A stretch of DNA of 64,000 bases from Lingula anatina (taxonomy: Eukaryota > Animalia > Brachiopoda). The stretch's first letter is position 1; each line of letters starts with the position of its first letter. Shown here one piece after another: positions 1 through 13,800 of the stretch. Made by a program: the position numbers and the translations under genes. The DNA lies in contig CM120645.1 of assembly GCA_051362555.1 (NCBI GenBank), forward strand, positions 21,204,001 to 21,268,000, given 5' to 3'. The notes below the pieces were generated by a model. It was not told the DNA's origin. It saw nothing but the letters and a program-made list of their open reading frames with translations, and ran no database searches.

Positions 1-1131
1 ATGTATCTGTGATATCCCAATTCTTCTTCCCCAAGTATGGCATACCACTGTACGGACAACAGATTCATCCTTCCCTCTATGTGAGTTCTTGAAATTAAAT
101 ATTCGAAGTGTTTTAGCACGTGTTATATGTAGTTAGGATGTACCCACTTCCTTCACCTACAAAACTAAATAAATGAATAAATAAATAAGTGAACAAATTA
201 TGATAATAAGAATGATAAAAATGAATAAAAATGGGATAAAACCTGGCAATTTTTTCATCCCTGTCGACTTTTTTATATTTTGTCTCTGTTCAGTTTGTTG
301 GCTTTTGTAAATTTTTGCATTTCTTGTTCACTGCCTAAAATAAAAAAAAATTTGGTTTGGATCCACTTTTAATGCCTTAAAAATCTCCAAAATCATCCCT
401 TTTTTCATCGTTTTCCAGTTTGTCCAACACGGAGTCATCATGGTGACTGATGTGGAAATTTGGGAGGCCGAGGCTGACAGCACCAAGCTTCAGAAAGCCT
501 TCCGTAACCCCACCAAATTCCCACTGAGACAGGCATATTTTGGATTGGACTTTAGAGAGGTTGCAGGCATTGGTCCTTATTGGGTTAACATGCATATGGA
601 GAACGATAGAGTAAGTATTAGTTACTATGCATGTCAGTTATTCAGCCATGAGCTCTATCTGCAGGATCACAGAATCCCAAGATGTTTAATTCAGTTTTGA
701 TAACCACCCACACTCATCCATCCACTTGATCATATTTGTCGAGAACTATTTTGGATTTTGAAAAATGTTTCCATTTCAAAAAGTTTTGCATCTGTTTTTT
801 TTTTTTGGCATGAGAATTAAACAACATACTTTGGAAATATTTTGATGTTAATGTAGCAGAGATGAAATTTGTATCTTTGGATAAAGAATATAAATAAAAG
901 TATATTTATCACACCTGTAGGATGGGCGTGGTATTTACTACAAGGAGTATGGACTAGATAACAGCAGAGATGCAGATTTTCTGAAAGCGGCTTCTCTTCA
1001 GATGAAGGCTGCTCACAATTTGAGCTCCTTCAGTGGAGAATACATGTTTGTGGTCACCTGGAACAAGATGCAGCATAAGATTAACAAGTGGCAGGTGAGA
1101 AAGATGCCTCTGTTAACTCTGCCCCCCCCCT

Positions 1132-1220
<89 letters not shown>

Positions 1221-4200
1221 CTTCACCCATCTATCCATCCATCTGCCTATATACAAAATTTGTGATGATAATTCATACTCAGGTAAACTTTTGGAGATCC
1301 AGGCAGCAAATGCTTTGACTTTGTGTGCTGTTTCTGCTTGAGGCCAGTAGATTTGTCAACTTTAATGGCCAGCAGGCTAAAATGTTTTAGGGCACAGATT
1401 TTGTAAATGTCTTGAAAAAGCACATTCCAGGTAACTGTATTGGTACATATTGGTTTAGATTTTGTAAACGTTTTGAAAAAGTACATTCCAGGTAACTGTA
1501 TTGGTACATATTGGTTTAGATTTTGTAAACGTTTTGAAAAAGTACATTCCAGGTAACTGTATTGGCACATATTGGGTTAGATTTTGTAAATGTTCTGCAA
1601 AAGTACATTCCAGGTAACTGTAACTATTCATGCACATTTTGGTTTTCTTTTCAGGAAGTAACATTCCAAGCTATCATTGTGACAGACTACAAGAATACCT
1701 ATGTCCGTTATGTTTATGATGACAGGGGTATGAAATGGAACCTGACCCTGAACGCTGCTAACTCGGTGAGTTAATGGGAGAAATTGGCTGCTTTTAAAGC
1801 TAGCTACTGGTGAAAATTGAATTAAGATTAACAGGCTGTGTTTTGAAAAGATTTTTCACAACTTTTAATGGAATATTTCAGGATAGACTGTCACATTTAT
1901 TTAGAGGGGAGAAGATGTGATTACAATTTCTGCTGAATGCAGATCTTCTAATATTTATAAAACAGTATTTATTGCATGTTTTCTTTGGCGCTTGAGTTCA
2001 ATTTTGAAATCTAATTTTAAAAGACTTGTTTTTAATTAATGCTTTTTTTCTTTGTTGGAGGTTTGTACTTTTGAAGTGCTCTCTAGTTTAATTTTGAAAT
2101 TAAAATATAATAACCCATTTGCGTTAATCTTCAGCCTAACTTCCCTGGCCGAGTGGGTTACCTGGTCAACACCTGGTCGCCATTTGTTTGGAAGGCCGAG
2201 GAGTACCAATACTCCTATGCCAGTGTGGTGGACAAGGCCCACATGGAGAGAATTGACAATGAAGTTGGCACGAGGGCGGGAGTCTTTGACTATGCTCTCA
2301 GTGATAACCCAGACGACTTTGAGAATCCTGGAAAAGCTTGTTATGATTGGATCCAGGAGGACATACTGTATGACAGTATCAAAGGAAAGCTTGATCAAGG
2401 TGAGACTCAGTCACTGCCTCTAAGTTTTGTAACAGTTATTGTCAGTGTCATTTTGTTGTTTGTCGGTGTTTTAATTAAAGGTATTATCTAAAGTGCATTG
2501 AGATTTTTATGAATATGTAATGAAAAAATTATTATTATTATTATGGTTTAAAAGTTTGATTTGAAACAGTGCAACTTTGGAAAGCAAATTAAGTTCCTCA
2601 CTTTCAAGTTTTGACTTGAACAAAATTGTGCTTAATTGTTTTCTGCTGGTATATCATGGCTGCCATTTCTTACAGAGGAGACTGGGAAGTGCCCGGCTTT
2701 CTTGGACCAACTGTCTTCCAGCTGGATAGAGTTCCGTAGCAACTGGATCGCCACGTGCTACATAAGACGCATGCCAATGGGATCAGGCGACGAGGCACGC
2801 TCTCCACGCTGTTGTTACGATTTCCTCGGATCCCGTGTGGATGATTGGTTCCTATTGGATGGCATGAACATCTTTAGAAGATTTAGTGCTACCAGTGCTC
2901 GTGGCAGGAAGGAGATAAAGGCATTCCAGAACTGTTGTTGGAATAGCTGGGTCCACTGCTTTGACTACATTGAAAGAAGACCAGTGTCCAGTTCCCTCTT
3001 CTTCTTTGCTGCCTCTATTGGTAGGTACCAGTATATTAGTATATATATAGTTTATTTTATATGTTTTTGTCCCTGTGTGCATGCATATGCATGTTGGTAC
3101 AGCCAGGTTCTTGGTAATTTTTTTTTTTTTTGCCAGTGAAAATTAGTCTTGGAATGAATTGGCCAGTGTTCATAAAGTTCTCATTTGAAGTTTCAAAACT
3201 TATTGTCACTTAGCATATCATTTAATGATGAAAAAAATTTAGCCTATATATAAATAAATTAATGGAACAATTATAGTAATAAACATTTTTTAAAAATTAT
3301 TACCATCAATATTTCATTATTATAATGCTGATGGTGATGCTGCTGCTTATTATTATTATTATTATTATTATTATTTCCTGTACAGCTCTGTCAGCTGGTG
3401 ACCCTCACATCACCACCCTGGATGGCCACCAATACTCCTTCAATGGCTGGGGAGAGTACACCCTGATCAGTGGCAACCACTTCACGCTGCAAGGCCGCAC
3501 GGCGCCCGCGTATACCACCACCCCACCGCCACGTGCCACTGTGTTCACGTCGTTTGCGGCACAGCAGGTGGTGCCTGGGAGCTCTAACAGTGATATTGTA
3601 GAGTTTAGGCTGAATGCTACTGGGAATGGTGTTGGTAAGTACTGGTGTTTATAGATCACTGATTTGGGCTCCGTGCAATATTTTCATAAACTTTCAGAAA
3701 ATTTTGGTTTTTGCTCCAATGATTAAACCATTTTATATGTCTATATGCTCTTGTTGCTGTGCAATTATATAAGGAGAGAGTATTGCAAAGACTGGATTTG
3801 GACTTGCCGTGAAATATTGACTAGAAACAAAACATTTTATAAATAAATTGTGCCTTAATGCTTCTTAGCCCAGACATATTCAGTCTAAGCCACTTTTTGA
3901 TGATAAAAACATAGCTAATGCCAAGATGACACTCTGTTTCTGGCTGTGTTTTAAAAACAAAGAAATTAATATGTGTTATTTTTATATATTTTCGTAACTA
4001 CTTAACAATAATTCTTGAAACAATTTTCCCATAGATGTCCTCGTGAACAAGATACTCCAAAATGGCTCCTTCAGTGGAAATGGACAGGCCTTTAACAAAG
4101 TGGTCATCTCAGAGTTGAATGGACGCTACACTATGGTGTTCTCAACGGAGATAGAGATCAAAGTGGAGGCGTCCCTGAACATGACCTCCGTCTCCGTCGT

Positions 4201-7200
4201 CTCACCTGCAGCATGGAACTCTACTCTGACGGGTATGTTTGATGTGAAAACTGAATTGTAAATTGGTCATTTCCCTGATAACTTACTGCACAGTTGAAAA
4301 TGTGTAAGTATGATTTATAACAACCTATGAGTTTTCATAGCGATTAATGTTTTTCATTGTGCATACTTCTGCTTTCAATTCTCAATGCAATATTTCAGAA
4401 ATTATGATAATTAAGGAAAACTTGCACAATTGAGAATGTTCCATTTTTTGGGGGGCAACTAACTCTTTCCAATACATGTTTTAAAAAATACATAATGCAT
4501 AATTTATACATTTGACACATGCCATATATTTTCCTGAAAACTGATACGTGTTATATAAGTACATATACTCTTTCAGGCCTGATGGGTAACTTCAATGGGG
4601 ATAAGAACGATGAATATGCTTATCCCAATGGTACAACAATCCACATCAACTCCACAGAGGAACAAGTATTCTACTGGGGCCAGCAATGTGAGTAAATAAT
4701 TTTTTTTTCAATTACAACCCGAAAAAAAACCTTTTTAGCCAACCAGTTTTGTGGAACATGATATTTCATGAGTCTACTGGTTCAATACAGTTGCTGAACT
4801 ATTTTCAGTTATTAACATTTTTGTAACTAATGGCATTTCTTATAGAAAAACAAGTTTATTCATTGTAAAATATTGTATATATTTTGAATCGATTTGTTTA
4901 ACATTAGAATTTATTTTCATTATTTCAGGGGCAATTGACCCAACACTGTCATTGTTCTCATATGATGATCTCAGCGCTTACAATGCTAGTGACTATGGCA
5001 ACTACACCTTTGTACCACTGTAAGTGATGTGAAAACTTTCAAGTTGAATATTTAAAGGGGACTTGAAATATATACCTAATTTTTAAGTGAAGTGATTGAT
5101 TGGTTTTTAGTTATTAAAGGTGATTTTTATAAGCTGAATGGTGATTTTCTCATTCATGATTATAAATTTCAGATTCTTCAACTTGGACACCATGTTCTCT
5201 GACAATGCCACTCGAGATTCAGCCATTGCAACTTGTGGTGGAATTAACAACTTGAACAGAGAGTGCGTCTTCGACATTGCCCTCACTGGAAATGAAGATG
5301 TTGGTGCTGCCACCTCTGCCTCACAGCAACAACTGGCAGCAGAGCAAGCTGCCCAGAGTTAGTTTTATACTTACTTTTAAACATTTTGCTTATATTTTGA
5401 TTTGTTCAATTTTCATTTTTCGGACATCCCAAGAACTTTCCTTTGTTGTTACTTATGCCAATTAAGTTGGTTATGATTTCCATGAATGTCAGTTGTTAGA
5501 ATCATATATTTATAAATCACTCCATTCCATTATTATATTTATTTTTACAATCTTTGCAGACAACTTCCCACCATCCTTCACCAGTAATAACACCATTCTT
5601 CAAGTGAGAGCAGGCGAGAATATGGCCGACGTTACCTTTGGTGCCTCAGACCCCAACAGTGGCGACACCGTCACCTTCAGTTTGGCCAGCCCCACACCAG
5701 AGGGTAATAATAATAATAATAATAATTATAATAATAATAATAATAATCATTGTTATTAGCAAAAATTATTTTATCAATTTGAGCTTGTTCTTCTTCCCAA
5801 TTCATTGTTAAATCTGGAATTGTTAACAGTTTCTGTAAGTTAAAGTGTACAAAAAACACATAAATCATAAAATACTTGATTTTATTTCTTTTTTATTTGT
5901 TTGTAAATTTATTTAACAGGTTGTTCCATCGATTCTGCCACTGGTGTGCTATCATGGAGCTCTGTACCTTCCAACCTCACTAGTAACGATACCGTCAAAG
6001 TCACCGCCAGCGATGGCAAGGCATCTTCTTCCGTCGTTGCCAAAGTGCATTTCTGTAGCTGTCAGGTGAGCGTCATGTTTGTATACATTGCAGTATGATT
6101 TTATAAAAGTAAAATTGGCATTTAAGCACTTTATATTTTTATGGATAGAATATTCCATAATGTGCAAAAAGTCAAGAGTTGCCATATCTTGATTTTGTTT
6201 GCGGGAAACATTCTCTTTTTGTACAGAAAAGTAGTCTTTCAAAAAATGATATGTGTAACTTATATATAAAAACAAAATGACATTGTTAACAAATAATTTC
6301 TATGTGAAACTGAAACATGTATTTAATGCCTTTGTCCCTTCTGTACACCCCCAAAATATAAATAAATGCAAATTCCTTTTTTTAAATCCAGAATGGTGGC
6401 ACATGCAAATACGATGTCATCACCTCTACAGATAACTTCGTCACCGTTCCCTGTCAGTGTCAGAGCGGCTACGAGGGTGCTCAGTGTCAGACAGACATAG
6501 ATGGGTGTGCAGACACCCCGTGTTTCACAGGTGTGGCATGTGAGGACAAACCAGCTCCTCAGACTGGCTTCACCTGTGGCACTTGTCCTCTGGGGCTTAT
6601 TGGGGATGGTACTGCCTGTGCTGGTAGGTTGTTTTTTTATTGGTGTAATATTTTTTAGTGATTATATATATATATATTATATAGATTATATATTATATTA
6701 TATATGTATATATATATTATATTATATACACAGATATTGATGAATTAAAATAAGATTGAGAGATGTTTCTGATCATTGTCATGACTACTATTATGCTATT
6801 GCTCAGGATCCTTTTTATATGGCATTTGTCTCATTTCTGTAACTTGTATTTTGAACTCATACAAATTTTATCATTTTGCTCTCCAGATGAAGATGAGTGT
6901 CAGAATGACCCATCACCCTGCTCTCAGAATTGCGCCAATTTGGCAGGAAGTTACCAGTGTTCTTGTAACACAGGGTACCTGCTTGGCCCAGACCTCACCA
7001 CCTGTATTGGTACGTATTGACGTCTGCCCCTTATCTGCCACATTTGATTGATCTGCTCAGGCAAATGATTTGGACTATTTAAAAATTGATTTTTATAAAG
7101 TTACTCTTTTGATTGAACAAGAAGGGTTGCAGTTAATTCCAGCAGTTGTTTTTGAATAATTTCCCATGTAAATATATATATTTCATCTTTGGACAACTAA

Positions 7201-7836
7201 ACTGCTTGATCTTATGCAGCTTGGTTTAAGTGGAAACTCGTTTTTGCTAATTTTCTGTCTTATTCTTTTCAGATGTTGATGAATGTAGTCGTGGCACCCA
7301 TGACTGTGACACCAACGCAGCCTGTAACAACACTGCTGGTTCATTTGTGTGTACATGTGCTACTGGGTATGCTGGAACTGGCAAGACAGGAGAGTGTCAG
7401 GGTATGAGAAATACATGTTATTTTGGAGATGAAAATCTTCTTGGTTTATCTTAAAATCTGGCTGTTGAGGTATTGTATTTAAATTAAAATGCCCTCTATA
7501 CCCCTTCCCTTATATGGAGTTACCACCATGTCACAAAAGCCCATGAAAAACATTTTTCTTAGAATTTGAAAACTGCTGTTATTGTGGGGAAATAGTTTCT
7601 GTTGAATTATTTTTTCAAAATGGATCAAATTAAAGTGCTTGAACTTCAAATATTTTGTATAATATGTCATTGTTTTTGAAATATTCTCAAATTTTCAGAC
7701 ATCAATGAGTGTTCCTCCAATCCCTGTGTGACAAACGCACAGTGTCAGAACTCTGCTGGAAGTTACTCATGTAGCTGTGCCCTTGGATACCAGTTGAACC
7801 CTCTCACCTCTGCCTGTGATGGTAGGTTATCTGGTC

Positions 7837-7879
<43 letters not shown>

Positions 7880-8366
7880 AAGTATCTGCACTGTAGGTCA
7901 AAACCTCTCTCTCCTCTTTCTCACTTGTTTCAAATTTTCTGTGTCAGAAATTATGATATTAATAAAAAATAATTACTTTAAAATCTTATAAAATAATTTT
8001 AAAACAGTAAAAATTCCTGCTGGATATGATTTTGAGTATGAATTATCAAATTAAAGAAAAATTATATCCTTCTGACTTTTTGCAGGAAGGGGGTGATAAC
8101 AGTAACAGCATATCCTAGGCTCATATCAACTCAAAATCCACATGATTCTCTTTAAATACAGCTTCTTTGAATTATCATTTTAATTGCACAGTGTTTTATC
8201 ACTTATCTACATGGTTTTTATGTTATTTGCAGAAATCAATGAATGTGATGGTGATAACAATTGTGAACAGTTATGTACCGATGGCATGGCAACTTATACA
8301 TGTAACTGTACCACAGGATACAGACTTAACCCTGCTGATTATGTCTCCTGTCTACGTAAATATTCC

Positions 8367-8422
<56 letters not shown>

Positions 8423-10722
8423 CAGCATATGAAAGTAGTCTAGCTGTTCTCATTATAATAACTATACACACATTTTAGAAACAAACTGTAGCCAAACTGA
8501 TATTGCCTTAAATTACCATTTACAAATGACTTTTTTGCCTTTTTTAAACATTTTGTAAAGAAAATTTATAAGGGTGTCACACATATATCATAAACTTTCA
8601 AAAACATACAAATTTTTGAACAAATGTTCGTAAACGCATTTGTAATGGTGGCAAATGTATGTTATTAACATGCAAAACCATGCTATGTATTTAAGATATT
8701 TGAAGCACAATATCACATTATGTTTATACATATTTCTATACATTATCTAGCTGAGCAGCAGTGTTCTAGCTCTGAGGCAACCACCTGTAGTAATGCTGGA
8801 GCAGTCAACCCCACCTGTGCAGTCATCAGTGGGGTGCCCACTTGTTCCTGCCCAGATAACTATGCCCTGGACAGTGACATGAAGTGCATTGGTCAGTTCA
8901 TTGTGTTTTATATAGGGAATTATATTTAAGATGGAAGAAGGAAGATTAAAATTATAATGTCTTTGCAAATAATAGTCAGTTACAATAACCAAACTTTGGC
9001 AATGCTATATGATAATTGTTTCCTTTTATATTTAGAAACATGAAGATAGAACTTTGAAATATGATAATTAATAAAAAACTGCATTATGATTACAAATTGA
9101 AAATTATTTAGAACTTTACTTTTAGATTACTTAAGAATGCAGGGGCGGATTTAGGCCGTCTTCTGGGTCTTCCGGAAGACGGTCAGATTTTCAAGTTTAC
9201 ATTGGCAGGTATTTAATTTTTTTCTGTCGGAAGACGGTCAAAAATGTAGGATGGATCGACAAAGATAATTTGGAAGACTGTCAGAAAATATTTCTGGATC
9301 CGCCCCTGGAATGCTCATCTCATAAAAAGGACTTTTGAGATGAGGCATGCATGTTTGCAGTAAATTGGTCTGATAAGAATATGTTAATACCATGTCTTTC
9401 CCAGTATTAGATAATCAATAAAAATTGAAATGTTTCAGATGTGAATGAGTGTCTGGGCTCCCATCAGTGTCTGCCAGCAGGTGTCGCCACCTGTACCAAT
9501 ATCGTCGGTGGATACAACTGCTCCTGCAGCTCAGGGTACAAACTGGACCTGAACCAGAGAACTTGTATTGGTATGGAATATTCCTTATTAATTGATTGAT
9601 TGAATAAGCTAGTGACTGATTGGTTGTATAAGTGATTGGTTGATTAATTGATTAGTTGATTGTTTGATTGGCTGGTTGCATGGTTGGTTGGGTTGGTTGA
9701 ATGGGTGGTTGGTTGGGTGGTTGATTGGTTGGTTTATTTATTAATTGATTGATTGCTTGGGTGGTTGAATTACTGATTGATTTGTGATTGATTTGTTGAC
9801 TGATTGATTAACTTTATTAGGTAAATTGGAGGAGATGACAATTCTTAAAAAGTTTTGTACAGATTTTTAAAAATAAGGTAATTTCCAATTTTAGATAAAC
9901 CAGTAGTGATAGAAATTAAGTAATAAATTATTGGGTACAATATCTTTGATTCAGTAATCTTTCTTCCCTATTTTAGATGTGGATGAGTGCACAGAGACCA
10001 CAGCAGGTGGCGCTGCCCTACATAACTGTGATCTTACAAAAGGCTCCTGCACCAACACCGATGGTGGTTATACATGTAGCTGCTCTGGTGGCTACAATCT
10101 GAATGCAGATGGGATCACTTGTGATGGTATGTGTGATTTTCACAGTGCATGCAGCTTATATTTCATCCCGATGATTTACAAATTATATTCCGCCCTTACT
10201 TGACTAGTTTGTGGCGGTTTCTAAGAATTTTTAATGATATCATGGATAATAATTCTCTTTTGCTGTATTTGGAGCATCTTGTTTTTGCAGAAGGTCTATA
10301 CTGTTAGTTGAATGTCAAAGTCATATAAGACTTAGTTGATTGCCATTCATTTATTATTTGCTTGGATGACAAAATTGTTGAGTCAACAGCAACTGGTGTA
10401 TTTTGCAATTAGCATTGATGCAACTGCTAAACGATCTACTTTTGCTTATAAAATGTATTAATATTTCATGTATATTTTAAGTATAGAATTTACATTAAAT
10501 ATACATATTTGGACGATGCAACATTTTTACAGACAAAGATGAGTGTGCCTCCGCAACAACCAATGATTGTGACAAGAACTATGCAACTTGTAACAACACT
10601 GTTGGCAGTTACAGTTGTGCCTGTAACACTGGCTACACTGGAGATGGCTTCATCTGTGCTGGTAAGTGGGAACATTCTAACTGACATAACTGTAAAAATT
10701 ATGTTTTCTTTAAAGATTGTTG

Positions 10723-10804
<82 letters not shown>

Positions 10805-13800
10805 CACATAGATGAAAAGTGATTCTGTAGACAAATGCACAAACACAAACATATTCACACAATATAAACTACATGTACATGTATATATATAACTCCTATT
10901 CTAGATGAGAATGAGTGTAGTCGTGCTGACCAGGGTGGATGCATCCAGGGCTGCACCAACAACATGGGAAGCTACTCTTGCTTCTGTGGAAATGGCTACG
11001 TCCTTAATGCTGATGGATATAGTTGTGATGGTGAGTTATTGTAATTCATGTTATTTGTTTCAGTTTCATCCCTCGCTCATTTTCTTTTCCATGTTTCATT
11101 ATGCTTATGCTAGTAAACTGTATCTAATTATTGTTAATATTCAATGTTTTTATTGACTTTAATTTTGGTGGCTTTTTTTCTGTAGTGATTCTAAAAAATT
11201 AATTCATTATAATTGTTATTCTTTATCATTACTTTTTCTTTTAGTTCACTTGTATTCTAAAAAGTGGATTTTTTCCCGTTTTTTTTACAACCACAGGAAG
11301 TCAGGCAATTAATTTCTTTTATCACAACAATTCCAAGATTTCCATTCTTTTTTTTTCAAATTAATGCAATTTATGTACAATTTATATGAAAATAATAGAT
11401 CTTGCACCATAGTGAAATGAAATTTTAAAAAAAAGCAATTCTCATACACATTTCCAGATTATGATGAGTGTGCTTTGGAAGCAGACCATGGATGTTATTC
11501 CAGTGTCTATTGTAATAACACTGTTGGTAGTTATATCTGTACCTGCCCCACAGACTTTGTGCTCAAAGCAGACGGCACCACTTGTGAACGTGAGTAGAAG
11601 TTTAAAGTTTGACATTTGATTAGTTAAAAACTGAAAAAATAAACTAGTGCATGACCTGTAGAAAAGTTTTTTTTTGTGTGTTTCATATTTTGTTTTCAAA
11701 AATTTCATATTAGTTTCATAAGTTTTCATAATTTTTTGTCATGATTTGATACAACCTTAAAGATGAACAGCAGTAACAGCAATTGTGAACAGACCATTTG
11801 TTCAGTTTGGCAATTTTCATGGTAATAATTTCAAAAGATTCCAAAGGACACTAAATTAAAGAACAGGTTGTGTGGAGTCCACTTTGGAGTCTCTTGTATT
11901 TTCACTTCCTATAGTGTTTATATTTCCTACAATTTCAATATTTTAATCCATATCTAGCTGCTAACCAGTGTGACAGTGGCCACGGCTGCTCTTACATGTG
12001 TGCTAAGATCAACAACACTGATGTCTGTCAATGTGCTAAAGGCTACAACCTGGCCAGTGATGGCAAGAACTGCACAGGTAAATGTACTGGTAGAATAGGA
12101 TAATAATTTACTATCACATTTAACCACAGTTTAAAATTAATTTTTTTATGTGATCTATTGATAAAGTGTACAATTTCTGTAAATAGTTTTGTCAGGTTAA
12201 AGGTTGGATCATAGTAGTGTAATAGTACTCATTATAAACAATTACTGCTGTTGGGTAAAATTGGTGTGTTTAGAAAGTGCTTTGACTGAGTTTGTTGTAG
12301 TGTCACTGATGGCATAAAGTATTTGTTGGGCCAAAGACTAGCTTAAAAAATTGGTCTAAACTTATGATTCAAATCAAAAATGGTCTTCTTTGACTGAAGA
12401 TTGATCAAAAGAAGTTTAATTATTAAATGAAATATTGCTCGCCTTTTTCTAACAAGAAAGACATAACTTACATTTCAGACCAACACTTTCAGTCTTAATT
12501 TAAATGGAATACTTTAAATTCACCTTCAGCTTGAAAATCAGACAATTGATTGCAGCATTCAGTCAAAACATTATCTGTTTGAGGTAATGCAATCAATCAT
12601 TTTACGTTGTTCACATCTTCTGGACATATATTTCAGATATTGACGAGTGCGCCTCCAGCAGTACCCACTCTTGTTTGACATCTGACAATGTCCGCTGCGT
12701 CAACGACCCAGGCACTTTCCACTGTGAGTGTATTGACTCCACTCAGTACCAACAGGTGGAGTCTAAGAAGTGTATTGGTAAGTATTCCCGTAAATGATAA
12801 TTGTTTAGTGTCAGTAATCTCATCAGATGATGTTGTGAGTGTGTGAAAGCTTAATATTTATTCATTTATTAATTAAGTTATTTTAACCACTCAGGTTTGA
12901 TCCTTTTCTGGATATGGTAATAATAATAATTGAATGTTAAAACTACAAATTATTGTCACGTTAAATGAGATATAAGGGACAATGAATTTTTTTCTAAGGA
13001 CTGAGTGAAAATGAAAAGGGAAAAAGTGTATTTGATATTTAGTGTAATAAAAGAGTTCCAGGTATTGATATTGTGTCCTTGTCAAGTTTCACAATTTACT
13101 TGACATTTTAGGCAGGTTTAATCTACCTATGCAGTCTTGAAAATATCAGTTTAGACAGAGGCATAAAATATGAATTATAATAAGAAAAATTGATAAAAAG
13201 AAAAATATGTGAGATTATAATTATATAAATAAATGAATGTTTTAACACTTACTTGTTACATATTGAAATATTACAGATATTGATGAGTGTTCAGCTATGA
13301 CAGCCACCTGTTCTGCTAACTCTGTCTGCGTCAACGAGGCTCCTGGTTATCGCTGTGACTGCGTTGCTGGGTACAGAATGGTGGCAGGGACTTGTGTTGG
13401 TAAGATAAAGAATAGAATTGTACATTTTTGTTGATTTTTTAAAAAAAATTATGTATTGGATTTTAATTTTGTGATAAACGAAACCATCTCTTTGCATTAC
13501 CTTGGAAAGGCTTTTTTTAACTGTGTGGAAATTACATGGGTATACATTTACATATGGGACTTAATTGATATATAGACAAAAGTGACAGTCAACATACTCA
13601 GTCTTCATACAAAAATGGCCCACTAACATTTTTCTTTTATTTTTCTTGCTTAGTATATTATTAACAATAGCAGTTTCTAAGTACCATTTTTATTTTGCAG
13701 ACATTGACGAGTGCGCGGAGGGCAGCCATGCCTGTCATGCTACCCTGGGTAGCTGCACCAACACGCAGGGCGCGTACACTTGCGCTTGTATTGCTGGATA

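Noticed and set aside
1002-1318. ORFs with SLSL/RERE, poly-Y/L/N/K/G/P runs here and at 8167-8478, 10490-10858, 22647-22937, 29383-29892, 54658-55137
   Set aside because: Translations of (CT)n, (ATT)n, (CA)n and homopolymer tracts, sometimes overlapping real exons in another frame.
1396-1622. CRISPR-like array
   Set aside because: Head-to-tail minisatellite without unique spacers, inside a spliceosomal intron.
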